A stretch of DNA of 64,000 bases from Neoechinorhynchus agilis (GCA_051530055.1 CM121341.1:434001-498000), one strand, 5' to 3'. Shown: positions 35,945 through 49,600, counted from the stretch's first letter. Notes: a model not told the origin generated them from the sequence alone. Program-made: numbers and translations.

Positions 35945-38900
35945 TTTTGTTTGTATCAGCCGAAACGGCACAAGGTACTGAAATTGCAAGATTTGAAATG
36001 TCAGCTGCGAATATGTAATCCAGTTCAATGTTGTCATTGAACTCAGACAGCAAATGTGACCTTGTATTTTTCAACATTTCTCGAAGATCTGACGGAAGAG
36101 ATTGTGGTAAAAGACGGTAGCGCCATACTTGCTTTCTCATCTGGCACAAATAAACACAGCCTTGGAGATTAAATATTTGAGCTTCATTGAAATAAATCAG
36201 TTTCGGTGAGCCAATTTTTGTAAAAAGCTTTACAAGTTTAGGATGAATGTCAGTGCCAACGGTCTGCATCTTTGTTAAAATCGATGTAATTCCATGGAGC
36301 CTCTGCGGACTTTTAAACAATTCTATTGAAACCAAGGGAGTATCTTCGTTGAAGTTTTGCTCCATTCCATACTTCAAGCCAAACTTAAATTCATCCTCGA
36401 ACTTTTCGAGTGGTTCATAGCGTGAAAAACGCAAAATCAATTCATCTAACAATTTTCGAAACTCGACTTTTGAATTTAAGATTGTCTTCATAATCGTCTC
36501 TCTATACCAGTCAATATCATCCTTGTCGATAACTGAGCACTTTAAAATAGTTTGTAAATCCTTTTCGAGTTCCGTCAGTTTAAGAACGTGCTTCTACAAT
36601 CATAAAGCGAGAGCAAAGATTGAGTTTACATTTATAACTGCGACATTTTATTCTATGAACACTATTTAGGCATAAACAACAAGTTACAGTTTAATTTCTT
36701 ACGATTTTTTAGTTTGTATATAAACACTTCTGTGAATTTTAAGGTGCTTTAAATTGAATATTTTTAAAATCTAATTACGTTGTGGAACGTAGAGGTACTT
36801 GCTTAAGTCTAAACGACATTGATTTTCCCTTTTTAGAAAAAATTATATCTCCGAGATTTTAACATATCTATCACAAAAGCTAACTCACATTACTTGTTCG
36901 AAATTAAATATACATACATCGCTTAATTGACACTTTGATTTTTTATCCAAATAAAATTGCAGATGCACCATTCACGTGCCAAGCATAGAGGATCGATCAG
37001 TGATTTGATTGTAGCGATTTTATCCTTGGTAACCACAATTATTTTTTCTTCAAAATCGGCGTTTATCTTCTTGAGCACTATCCCCTGTGAAACAACTTGA
37101 TGAGCTTGAACTAACGAATTTAAATCCTTAGCCCCATCGAAGAAGTTTTTTCCAGCCAAGAAATATTGAGCGGCTTCACTCATGTAGGACTGAATATACG
37201 GGACAATTGGTAATCGATAGCACTTTAAGATGTCTTTTGATAATTCGTTCGTTACATTTGGCCAGTTGACAGTGTGGGAATTCGAGAACTTATTGCAAAC
37301 TTCAGATACAATTCGATCTTTATAAATCAACGCAAGGGCTCTATAATATTCTGAACGGTATGAGAAGAGTGGATCGATCAAATAAAGTTGCTTAACAAAG
37401 TCGTAGCTTTTTTCTAGGTCGGCGAAATTGAACGGCATCATTATGTCAAGAAATAATTGGCTATATTTTGATGCATCCGTTTGTATAGGCGAGCTTTCGA
37501 ACTGCATGTTTGATAAAAAGTAAATTGTATTCCAATTCATATAGTTTACTTTCTTTATAGCAATCTCCATTTCAATAGCAGTAATGGAATTCTTAAGCCT
37601 CAATTCATTAAAAAAAATGTTGAACCAACTATCGATCGTGTCACGAATGGTTCGATTGCAATAATGATAGCCTTCCGTATTTACCTTTAGTATACTGATA
37701 CATTTTAAAATCTGATCCTCTATAGCTTTGTCTGCTTCGCATTTCTGCAAACATTGATCAAACGACTTCAAAAAAATGTACAATATATCATCTCGAAATT
37801 GTAGAGGATTCTCTAATAATTTTTTTATAAAGTTTCTCGACATTGAGTTTGGCAAGTCTATACATAACTTTTTCACGAATTCGCTACGGAACAAAAATCG
37901 GCGAATTAATTTTGGCGACAACTCATGCGAGCAAAATACTCCAAGGAAATTCAACTTCTCGGAAAAATCTTTGATTTGAACTGCATTTTCCAGATCGCAA
38001 AGCGAATTAAACGCCTCTTCAAGTGCACATTCCACGCATTGAACGAGAGTGGAATGCCGCGGGTGGCACGATTCACGATAAACCGATAAAAACCTTGAAC
38101 TTCTCGCAAATCCAGACATGAGATCTATAACACTTCGTAGTTGATCGATATCCTCACACTCTTTATCGAATAAGTGTCCAACACAAATCACCTCCATGTT
38201 CGTGCTTATTTCTTTCAACAGCTCGATACACGATTTTGGCCTATTATCTTCTGCGCTTACAAACACTCTCATTTTCTCCTCAAAAACATCTTCGATAATC
38301 CCTGCTATAGAAGGTTCCGAAAATAATCCACCTTTGTTGAATCTGACTTTATCGGCGTGCCATATTATACGCGATAAAAACTTCCGTTTTATTTCTGTAA
38401 CGGGGCTTTACTATATATGAAGATTCGGGACTTTATAACTTTTGAATGTTGTCAAATACAATGCGTTTTTTCTTATTTCAAAACTTGCTCTCACGTAGAC
38501 AACAACATTCTTGGAAATTTTGAATTGTTGTGATAATAATGCAGGTTAAAAAGGTATTTTATTGTTAAGATATATTTAGCGAGGATACCTTGCCTTAACA
38601 GTCATTATAAATTAATCTAATCGACTAGATGTGGATTAATTTACAATAACTGATGAGTCGAGGTTTCCTCGCTGAATATCTTAACAATAAAATACCTTTT
38701 AACCGGGATTGTTATCATAACAATTCAAAATTTACCACCTGAAGGATTTTCTTGATATGATTCTCGGAATTTTTTTTAATTTTGTTTCCTATCATAAATT
38801 TCTAAAACCTGTTTGTCTCTTTTTGTCAAATTAAATTCCAACAAACCCATTTAATGTTAATGTTCGATAATGGAACAATTGTTTAAAGCGTGCAACTTTT

Positions 38901-39804
38901 GCAGGTGAAAAAAGTTGTATCATTTAAGTTTTTTAATTTGTACAGCCGACCGAGATCTCATTATTCCGGTTATTTTTCAAGTGGTTAATTCGGGATCATA
39001 TAAACCACATTTCTGATCACCTTGCACGACACGCTGTGATCCGTGAGTATCATAAGCGAAAAAAGGTACTCATTAACTACATTCTTGCAAAACCCAGCTT
39101 CGGAAAGATTGTTGACTAAACACTGGTTGAAGGTTTATCCGATTAGTTCTAGTCAAACGATAGTTCATCTCAACAAAAAAGTCGATCACTTTGGATCCCA
39201 CTTGTCCGTCGTGTCCAAATCTTGAAAGCATCTCTTTAAAAAATATTTCGGACATTCTTCGAGCCGCCCATCTGAATCCTGTTCTTGGATCATTGTGAAA
39301 TTCACCTAAAAGCCCTTCAATCTCTTTACAAACATCATTGATTGCTTCCAAATTTAGAATGTCAGCTTTTTGACAATATTCATTTATTAGCCCGCGGCAA
39401 ATTCTTGCTCCACGATTAACTATAACCATTTTCTCCCAATGCGCCCAGAAGGGAAACGCCCAATGATGAGGTCGCCCATTTTCCAGAAAATACTCTGTAC
39501 TATAGAAACTCAATGTATCGAGCAACGCTTTAAACACAGACCGAGCATTTCTTATACTGTATAAAAAGTCAATATCGTTCTTAATAACCAGCATTATTTT
39601 CCGGTATCTTTTTAATAGAGTCAGCGCAATATTTAACTCTACGTCTCTAAGTTTTCCTTCAATGTCAAACTTAAAACTGGCCAAAGTAACGATTTTAAGA
39701 ACCGATCTCCAGTTGTCTGATGTAGAGAATATTCCAGTATCAAACGACTGCTCGACTAGTGGCCATAATTCGATCATTGTATCTTCTTGTCTACTTTCTA
39801 TCAT
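35628..39804 (-). CDS. Divergent cullin-like protein; three long ORFs (39073-39804, 36923-38272, 35628-36491), possibly one gene
   Basis: The last ORF has cullin C-terminal-like features: LTFLQMAVF, MGINRNVLKITIDSLL and EYLLNDKF. The upstream ORFs are long, same-strand and look helical. Joining them is inference. Confidence 0.5.
38515..38733. mobile_element. MITE/fold-back-like element
   Basis: About 65-bp imperfect inverted repeat: AAATTTTGAATTGTTGTGATAATAATGCAGGTTAAAAAGGTATTT..GCGAGG versus its complement at 38667-38733. Confidence 0.8.
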
Positions 39805-40515
39805 CTAAAAAATTTCATCTTGAGTTCATTGAAATAGAGTATACGAAAATAATATAATTTGGTGCGAGTTTCAATTCTAGTAAACATCGACTTTAAGGAC
39901 AAACTTTTAGTAGAAATGAATCATCAATTGTTACGCATTCTGGAATGCAAATCATTATTTACAAAAAATTCGTGAGTAATGTCGCAGTGAATTCTAAAAA
40001 TGTACACTTGTGAGTAATATAGAAAACAGTAAGCAACATCAAAAGGTACCAATAAAGATAATCTATGAAGAATGAACCAGAAAACGAGTAATTTTGCAGC
40101 TGGTAACTTAATCAAATAATACCAGGGAATTAAACAGAGGCAAAATGAGATTAGAATACAAAAATACAAACTCTGAATTGTACCAACTAACTTGAACAAT
40201 TTCCATTTCTAAATTGATTTTTAAAGAACGAACATAAACACTTTCGGTACTAAGGTAGATCGTATGAGGTTAAGATGCAAAAATCTCTCCGCTATCTCTC
40301 TTTCCGAGACGATTGTTGCAGCGTTACTCACTGCGTTTCCCACGCGAAGATTTACGTGGAACCGTCTATGTACGATATTGGTTATTCATCTCAAGGATAA
40401 CGTATTTAAGGCGAAAAATCGCACCTTTGAAATAGCCAGCAATTGATTTTTTAAAATTGTCCTTGAAGTACAATAAACCAAGAATTATGTTGGAGGAAAA
40501 AATCTTAATTTAATG

Positions 40516-42105
40516 GTCACAAAATCCGCTTAACATTTCTTCAGATGGCCGTATTCAAGGCACTTTGCGAAAACTGCATTATATCCGAGGACAATTTGGT
40601 TTCTGTGATGGGAATAAATCGAAATGTGTTGAAAATTACGATCGACAGTTTGTTGAACAGTGAAACACCGATTGCTCAAAAGATGACAAACAAAACAGAG
40701 TACCTTCTTAATGATAAATTTTGTATTGAAAACGAGGTTGGCAGTTGTCAAACGGCGGATGAAGTTGATTTAGTAGGAAAAGATCTCAGTTTCGACCAAG
40801 ACTATTTCTTGGGGATTGCGCGTGAATCATAATAATATTCATGGCAAAATAAAACCGATAAAAATGTTTAGTTTTCGCTTATGATGAGTGTAAAAATTAG
40901 TGTTTTTGTCGATGGAGAATTTATTGATTCAGGTATAAAGAACCATGTCGACAAAGAATGATCTCCATACTTAGAATTTTTGTAGGTAACCCACGCATGG
41001 TAAATAATACCTTTAAGATACACAAATGAGTGTATTTTGCCACGCTTTTTATATTTTAGCTGATAGGATACAGGCTATTTTTTGCTGGTTAAAGCATGAA
41101 TAGTCCTTTTATTTCGTATTTTAGGCATTGCCCATAATGAATATATTTTAATATTTGATAGTTCATTTACTTTAACTTTTTGAACAAGGACAAAAAAGCA
41201 TTTACAAACATTAATGTCACCGCTCTGGATAACTCAGCTGCCGTCCTGATGTAATGGTCAATAGGATGGATGCAGCGTTACTCCCTCCCGTTGCACATCC
41301 AGGCTTATGTTTTGCAGAAGGAATGCTCCTGTTCTCGAATTTTCAGTGATTTGTCAATGTCGCTTCGACAATTGATTGATCAGGTCCTGCTCCGTGGTAC
41401 ACAAGGACCCGAGTGTCTCGACAGCAACGGAAACGAAATAATGATTTCGACCCAGGTCCCTGTATTTTGTCTTTTTGCGCTCATCAGCGGCGGTTGTTGC
41501 TCCCCCTATTTTAACAGTGGCGAATTTTATGTTGCTGGCTACGATGTGAAGCCATTTGCCTCCCCTCGCAACCGAAGCATTGTGGCACCGTCCGGTCTAC
41601 GACCATAGACTCGGAAAGGAGTGTCCGGCTCAAGGATGCTGGACACATTCTCAATATTCAGGGCACGAATAAGAATTTCGTTCACTTCTTCGTGAGTACA
41701 TTCCGCTTGATAGCTGACAGACGAGACCATGGCATCCCGATCGCTCCACGGTGGCTCCGCAACGGTAGCGATGGGATGTCGGTATCCCAAGTCTAAGGGA
41801 CACCGCGATCCTCTCTCGTTGGCGAGAAAGGCACTCACAAAAGCCACCGGGAGAGAGCGTCGAGCAATACACTCGATTCTCCAGCCGAGACTGCCAGAAT
41901 CTGAAATTAAAGAGTTATGAATTCTCGCCATTAAAAGTGAGTACCAAACTTATTGTTTGTGACCATTAATGGGTACCTGCTCGTTGTCGGAATGTTCATA
42001 AAAAAGACTAACAGCCTCCACGAATCCGTCATTCTACCTGTAATCCTCACCAACCGACAGAAAAATATTACTGCTTTTCGGGTAACCAAATCGCCGAACG
42101 ACGCA
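40516..42105. repeat. Right arm of the inverted duplication (copy of the cullin-like 3' end plus CRE fragment)
   Basis: Matches 34355-35944 inverted. Two substitutions were noticed by eye. Confidence 0.95.
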
Positions 42106-42500
42106 ATGATCAGCGCTGGCAAAACAGAAAGGCCACTTCGCCAAAGAGTGGCCGAGCATGTACGAAACTCGTTGAACCCAAGTGCGCAATCGTATGTGAC
42201 GACAGCGTGGGCGAAACATTATTCGCGAGTCCACCCGGATGGAACAGTTCAGCTGTCCACGCGCATAATGTACAAAGCGCAGGATCCCGTCGAACTGTCG
42301 ATAGCGGAAGCGCTGATCATATCCCGAGAGACCCGGGATCGAGAGGACTCTAGCGGGCATCGGTCGGTCGGTAGGACACCCACTAACCAGAAGGATGAGT
42401 TGTCTGCCGTCATGAATCTCATGTGAACCTCCACTCGCATTGCAGATTACACCCTGAAGAAGCCGTTGGACGGCGAAAGCTAGGTGTTTCAATAAAATCT
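42106..42500 (+). mobile_element. 5'-truncated Penelope-like element: GIY-YIG endonuclease C-terminal part and 3' terminus
   Basis: GKTERPLRQRVAEH...AKHY..VH and LSIAEALII resemble the PLE GIY-YIG domain. Followed by a hammerhead motif and AATAAA. Confidence 0.8.
42449..42487 (+). ncRNA. Minimal type I hammerhead ribozyme (PLE-associated)
   Basis: ACACC-CTGAAGA-A-GCCGT TGG ACGGC-GAA-AGCT-A-GGTGT. Stem I 5 bp, stem II 5 bp, palindromic AGCT stem III, NUH = CUA. Confidence 0.8.
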
Positions 42501-42549
42501 CTCTCTTTCAGTCGGATTGTCAATCAAACAATCATCACTAGACCGTTGG

Positions 42550-45500
42550 TTTTGATACGAAATTAGAACAATTCAGTGCAAATTTTTTGTAAATGTTGGA
42601 TTTCAGAATTAACACGGCGATAAGGCACCTCGAACATCGTCTTAGCAAACATTTCGATTCTCTACTGTCTTCAATAAACAATAGTCTGAGCCGAGTTGGT
42701 GATTGCAAGATTTTCGGCTATGCTCAAAAAGAGAGTGAAGCCGCAACCTACTTAACTCTTCTGCAACTGACATCGAAATGGACGACAACGAGGAGTACGT
42801 TCGAGCGATAATAGCCGAACAATCAAAAATCTGCTCGATCAAAAAAGGGTAAGAGACGGGCGTGTCGGAGCTAGTATGGATCCGGGTTCAATATCCGCCA
42901 CAATATTGGTACGATCTCGAATTCCAAACGATAAAAAAGGAAATGTATGCAACCTCCATCACTTATTCAAGGAAATCTTGGAGAAACAGGTGACACCTAG
43001 AGCATTCACCAGATCAATTGTTGTTCCACTCGCAAAGAAAGGCAGTAGATTTGAATGCTTCAACCACAGAGGGATAAGCTTACCGGACGTACATGGGAAA
43101 ATCCTATGTTACGTCATCCTGAATATCCCCGTGGAAGCTTTTGATGGCATTCTGCGGCCGCAGCAAGACGGCCTCGGCCCTGGAAGGTCTTGCATCGATT
43201 AGATCTTCGTTCCGCGAATCCTCCGTCAACAAGCCACGGAGTGGAATTCACGAATGACTTGTACGTTTGTGGATTTTGAGAAAGCTTTCGACAGCGTTCA
43301 CAGAGCATCCCTGTAGAGGATCTTAAATCTTTATGGATGGATGTCCCCCGAATCTGGTCAGGATCCTGGAGTTGCTGTATTCCAGAACTGAAAACTGTGT
43401 ACGCGTTGGGGAAGCTTGTTGGACTGGTTCGTGGTGTCCTCTGTGGTCCGCCAATTAGATCCTGTGGCCCCTTATTGTTTATAGTAGCCCAGGACTACGT
43501 AATGAGGAACGCCATGTGGAACTGACGTGGGATCTCACTTTCTCCAATGGAACAGCTCACGGATTTAGACTATGCAGACGATATTGCAGTTTATCAACCT
43601 GTTTTAATGACTTGCAAGAGCAACTTGATGATCTGAATTCTTGTGGTTCTAAAGTTGGTCGTAGGGATGATGAACGAGTCCCTGTTCTAAATGATGCAGA
43701 GTTGGAGGTGGTTCCATCCTTCGTATACCTTGGATTATTAGTACCGGATACAGGATCATCTGCACAGGATATCCGCAGACGTACTGCCCTGGCTGCGGCT
43801 AGCTTCAATGCTCTGAATAATGTTTAGAGAGCGCAGACCTTTAGTCTGAATACGAAACTGAGACTTCTTAACTCAAATGTGATCCCGATACTTCTTTACG
43901 ACTGTGAATCTTGGTCTCCAGCAAAATCGGATCTCCAAAGGTGCTTGGCCTTTGAGAACAAGTGTCCGAGAAGGATTCTTGGTGTTTTATGGAGAGACCA
44001 CGTGACTAAAGAAGCGATTTGGGATGTCACAAGACAACATCCAGTCACTGCTCGGATCGAGGAGAGAAGGTGGATGTGGCTGGGGCACATTCTCCGTATG
44101 AGAGCAGAGATAATTCCTCACGCGGTCCTGCTACTATCCCGATGGGAAGAGATCGTGGACGCCCAGCGCTCAGCATTCTGAGGCAATCGTTTTATGACAT
44201 TTAATGACTTGAAAGTATTGGCTAGAGACCGGAGAAGCTGAATAGAATTTGTAAGTACCCCACGCACTTATTAGTGTTTAATAGGATTTGTGTGTGACGG
44301 GCATGAAAATGTTGCAATGAAATTCAGGTGGGCGGATAGGAGTTCCCCCAAACTTCACCATGATTTAATGACCAGCGACATCATATTTATTCAAGAAACG
44401 AAATCAATAGTAAACCTCGGCCACTTTCCCAGCAATTTCCAGGCACTAACCAGTGAATTCTCGATTTTTATCACTAAAGCTCACCCTAATCACTCACAAC
44501 GTCTTTTATCTCTTATCAGGCACGCATTGTGCCCTTTTCGCATCTCAGAACATACTACCTCAGACCTCTCGTATATCATTTTTTTCTATCTTCGTTGGCG
44601 GAATAAAAAAATTAATCGATAATTTTTATACACGGCCAGGGAAAATACATTTATCACATAACAAATATTTTTTGAGAAAATTATTGGAATCTGTGGTAGA
44701 TATGCTGCTACTCGGGGATCACAAATGGGCCAAGGTTATCACTAGAGCTACCGCGTCACACTCCATCATTATACAACCCCATCCTACCTTTACGGACCAT
44801 TCATCTTCATACTACTTGGACCTTTGTTACTGGAATAATTCATGTTTCACAAAATCAACGGTTATTTCTCAAATTACTCTTTTCAGAACATCTGAGCATC
44901 ATTTGATATTATGGGATTTCGACAAAAATTCTCCTTTGAACAAGAGATTCAAACTGTTCATCTTCAATATTTTTCCCTTTAACGCTTCATCCCATTTTTT
45001 CTTAAATGCTGTGATCAAGCTTCACTATACGAAATAAATGATTTTCTCGCCACTAATAGTACTTCCTTCCTTACCTGAGTTGATCGACGATTTCCCAATC
45101 AAAATAAGCCTAAGTTACTTTCTTTGTATGGAAGAGAACTTTTTTGGCGCAATCACAGGGCTTCCGTGTATTGGCCTGTAGAGCACGATTCCAACTAAAC
45201 CAGGATAGGATGAAATTAGCTTCACTCAAATCCTATTTCTTGCCTTAGTCGAAGAATGTATCGCATAGATCGTTCCGAACGTGGCGTCTGACCGCCGCCG
45301 GTAACTGGATTAGGCCTCAGTACGGCGATTGAATCCCTCATCACGACCTCCAAGAATCTTTCCTCGCACAATGGCTCGTCCTTGCCTTTCAAGGCTACAA
45401 ATGTCCTTGATCAAGGGAATATTTCATCTCTCTCATAAGATATGGTCGCCACTTCACCGCAGGACTGGGCTGCAATTAATATGGCCAAACGGATTTTCTT

Positions 45501-45640
45501 GTTGAAGAATAAACGCAGAACAGTTTTTTCGGATGATCAGGTCAGAACTATCTCGATACAAAATTCCTTGGTAAGCATCAATGAACGGGCGTTGGCAGTT
45601 CTACGGACGAAAGCCCCAATGGCTTTTCGAACTAAGAGAA
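42550..45640 (+). mobile_element. Decayed APE-type LINE (ORF1 tail, endonuclease, RT start), split by an RTE insertion
   Basis: LDFRINTAI..LEHRLSKHFDSLL, IAEQSKICS, MKMLQ*NSGGRIGVPKL..DIIFIQETKS, LLLGDH, TSEHHLILWDF and AKRIFLLKNKR..VRTISIQIPW each have counterparts in the 56650-59500 copy. Confidence 0.75.
42870..44250 (+). mobile_element. RTE-clade retrotransposon RT fragment (pseudogenised)
   Basis: IVVPLAKKG...NHRGISL, GRSCID, FVDFEKAFDSVHR, FVYLG, TKLRLLNSNV.PILLYDCESW and RRWMWLGHILR, with stops and frameshifts. Confidence 0.88.
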
Positions 45641-47589
45641 TTATTCATGATGTGCGTCCGTGGCGAGTCGGGTCTATAAAATTTTTAATGAGTTTGTCCA
45701 ATGAACTCAACGTCGACAGTGGAAAACATCACGAATTTGAAATCACAATACTCAGGAGGCATACTGAGTCCAGGCTGAAGGTATGGATAAGTGATGGCCG
45801 CCGGGGCGAGTGGAAACCGGGTATCATTCGAAATAGCATGCTACTGGCATCAGGAAAAGAATTCATGAACTAAAGGAATCACAACCAAATCGATTCCGCC
45901 TTCGTTCCATTCAGATACTTTGAGATACATCTCCATTGGAGAAAGAGAAGATACTATGCGTGTGAAATATCGATCGGTGCGCAACAGTGAGCCGTTTGAT
46001 GGTGAGTAAAACAACATTTTTTTATCAAAGTCGGATGCATGCAGTGAACACAATCGTCTTATTTCTGCAACAAAAAGTTGCAAGAAACCCAATAGCGAGT
46101 GGTTCCCGCGATAAACCATAATTCGCTCCAATGTTTTGCTTGAAGAAGAGCAAAAAGGTTTCATGGGTCTTTGTGAATGCGATTTTTAGGAAATACCAAA
46201 TACCATAATAGATAGAAATTTTGATATATTGAGTGCATTTAGATCAATTTGTTATGGTAAAACTACAACCTCGTAAACTGGTTCAGAAAAACGCACTTGA
46301 ACGACGACTTGAAAATTAATGCAGAAAAATAACCAATAGAAACAGCGCAGCGATATATTCGATAAAAGCGGAACGTAAGTGATCAGCACTTAACAATTCT
46401 TCTTTTTTTCTATCAATGCATTCCTAACGAACTTCAGTGTAGGGAACACGCGGAGTCAAATGTGTCACAAATCGTTTTCCTTCTTAAACACCAAAAAGCG
46501 CTAGCGTGAACATGTGACTGTTTTGTATGGAGTTAAAAATTTCAAATCAACAGCGCAATCCGGAATAAAAACTGATCAGAAGAACGTTTACTCGAAAGCA
46601 CGATCGCGAAAGCAAAAGTTTGAATAATCGTCGAATGGCGATTTAGGATTTAAGGACGCTTCGAACTCGGGCGATAAGTTAAGCTCTAAATGCCTTCCCG
46701 CAAAGATCTCCTGAACCTTTTCGGTTACCAGTTCTAGAACCAAGATTGGACAGACATATTGTAAAGGATATTTTCGCATGGCACCTCCTTAGTGATGAGC
46801 AGTTACAACCCAACCAAAAACCTATGTGTTGTAAACGATTTCGCTATTCAATCTAATTATAGAGTATTTTCAATAATCAGGAAAGTTTGATAACCGCTAA
46901 TAAGGCTATAATGTTTGATGCGTACCAGGAATTTATTTCAAGTTAAGATTTACTGTGAAAAATTTTCGCCTGTTTCGTCGTCTACTTTATCGCTCGGGAA
47001 CTTAAAGACGTTGACCACTTAAAACATCCCCAAGTATAAACCGAAGTCCTGTTCGAATAACTTTTTTATTCCAAAAAGAGTAAAAAACTAGGTCACTAAG
47101 CGAAGGGTTAGCGTTTTACTCACCGGGAATCGCATTAAACGCTATGAGAACCGAAACACATAGAAAGTGACGGCAACGATATTTCACATAACAAACCTGA
47201 GTGGAAATCGTCTTAGTCGACGAGAAATCCAGTGCAAAGCCAAAAGAACGCACTTACCCGCCTTCGCAGTTGCAGAACGACGGCTGCGCGCAAAGGTGAA
47301 AAATGGCATGATAAATGAAATGCAATTTTCGCACTATAAAAACTCTGATTCCTATTGGTTGATCCTGTTAAATTGAAATACGATGCTATTAAGATTTTGT
47401 TTACTATTTTTGATTGATGGGATCAGATACCACTTAATAAAGTGGCAATCTTTACATTCTTTATCATTTTTGATCTTGTTCTATTATAATTTTTAGGAAA
47501 ACAAAGTGAGCGCTTTCGAATTTTTGATTTCTGTCAATTTTAAAAATATAATCTTAACGAGTGTCTATCGCTCCTTAAGTTAATGGAAC

Positions 47590-49600
47590 AGGAAGGACTG
47601 CGAATGGCGTCCCAGAGAAGGCATTTTCCTTCTCGCCACGGGTATACTGTGACACCGTCCGGTCTACAATCATCGAGTCGGCAAAGGTTGCTCGGCTCTA
47701 GGACGTTGGGCGCATTCCCAGTATTCAGGACACGACTAAGATTTGTGTTCACTTCGGCGTGTCGTGAGTACTGTCCGCCTGATTGCCGACAGACGAGATC
47801 ATGGCGTCCCGATGGTTCCACGGTCGCTCCGCAACGGCAGCGATGGGATGTGCACATCGGTACCACAAGTCTCAGAGACACCGCGATCCTTACTGTCTCA
47901 TCGGAGAGAAGGGTACCCGATTCTTTTGTAGAGACTGCCACCAATCGAGTTCGGTTCACTAGGTCACGTAAATCTGAAATTAAAGAGTTATGAATTCTCA
48001 CTACCAGGGGGGAGTCTCAAACTGATTCTTTGCAAACATTGACGGGGACCTGCTCGCTGCCTGGATCTCCACACCAAAGAATGAGAGCCTCCACGAGATC
48101 TTCATCTAAAGTATAATCATCTCCAAGAAAAGAATGAACTGTTTTGCGGCTTGCTTCATATGATCCCAAATAAGCTGGCAGAGAAATATCTGCTGCTTTT
48201 CGGTTACTCAAACCGCTGGACGACATTGACGTCAGGCCTCGTCTGACAGCTGAGTTTCACCGTCTCGTCTAATTTTGCCAGCTTATGCCTATGTTTGAAA
48301 AATGTGCTGTGCGCAGTTTATCCAGCAATTTTTGAATGAAGAGGGCGTTGTTGATGAGGATCAGAGCTTCGTGTGAAGATAATTCATCAACTCGTTCGCA
48401 CAGCACCAAATGTTGCGGTTTAAGATTTGTAATCTCTGCTTTGACATTGAACCAAAAATACAGTTTCCTAGAAGACTCAACCGGTCTAGAGTGATCGATT
48501 CTATCCCCGGTGACAGGTTCTGAAAATCTTTCATGGTAGTTTGCCTGGACGCCTCATTGTCCACGTTCATCGCTGAAATCTCGCATTTCACAGCATTCAA
48601 TTCAATGCCAATTTTCGTCGACTCATTCACGAGTGTCTCCAAATCGTGCAGTACAACAGAGGGGTTACCTCCGACCGTGGCATCATCAGAATTCCAGCCG
48701 CTAAAGCTGGACTGGAGAGAGAGTGCGCGACGGGATTGACTGCGAGTGAGAAAGCTATTGGGCCCAAAGGAACCCATTGTTGAGCTCCTTTTTCTGACCC
48801 CAAAACGTGGTTATTGAAGAACAAGGGAGTTGAAATCCCATAGGCATTAATGAAATAGCGAAATGCTTTTGTCGTGCGATCTCTAACTACTTTGAGCAAA
48901 TCTGCTCGGTAAACTGTGTTGAATGCATTTTTGAAATCACATTTCAAGATCACGCACGGCTTTGAGTTTCCGGTGATAAACGTACGGAGTGAATGCACAA
49001 TCGCCTCTGCGCCACAAGGTGTACAGAAGCCTAACTGGGTACGGCGAAGCAGTATGCCTACTTTTTGCTCGATCCTTTTATTTAAAATTTTTGCTGTTAA
49101 GCGGCGCAGAGTTGTTCCAATTGCAATGGGACGAATCACACCTTCCCTTTTTACGAGGACACACAAAGATGCGTCGAAAGATAGCTCAATTGCTTTCGGA
49201 ATCATATCTTCCCCTGCAAATTGGTCGACTAGGCGTGCCAATGCATCTTCAAGGGACTGGGCAGCGTCACCTACTGAAAAGGAAGCCATATCCTTTAGGT
49301 GTTGGGGCCGCATGCCGCCAAATCCGTGAGCTGATCCGTTAACAAAAGAGGAGATTGCTATCTTCAATTCTGATTTCGATGATAAAACGTAAGCGATCGT
49401 ATCGAAGGAGGACGCTGTCACTCGGATGTTTGGAACGGAGAGATCGTAAAGTTTCTTCGTTATCTTTTTCAAGAGACTGTCCACTGATGATAAAAAACGA
49501 ACCTGCTCCTGTGTTTTTTCGCTCTTTCCTCTGAATCAATTCGCATTTGGAGGATTGAGTGATTACGAAGAAAGAGCGGAGGTAGAGATTTGTGTGCTTT
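47590..49600 (-). mobile_element. Near full-length decayed CRE-like retrotransposon (RT, CCHC and RLE start)
   Basis: GMRPQHLKDM, RPIAIGTTLRRL.AK, QLGF...GAEAIVH, DFKNAFN, KGAQQ..PLGP, W.SDDAT.GG, RIAVSLRL, CRCG..V...GRH.L.C and RPDGVTVYPWREGKCLLWDA, with several frameshifts. Confidence 0.9.

Noticed and set aside
38655-38685. CTGATGAGTCG inside the MITE as a hammerhead
   Set aside because: No downstream GAAA on the same strand.
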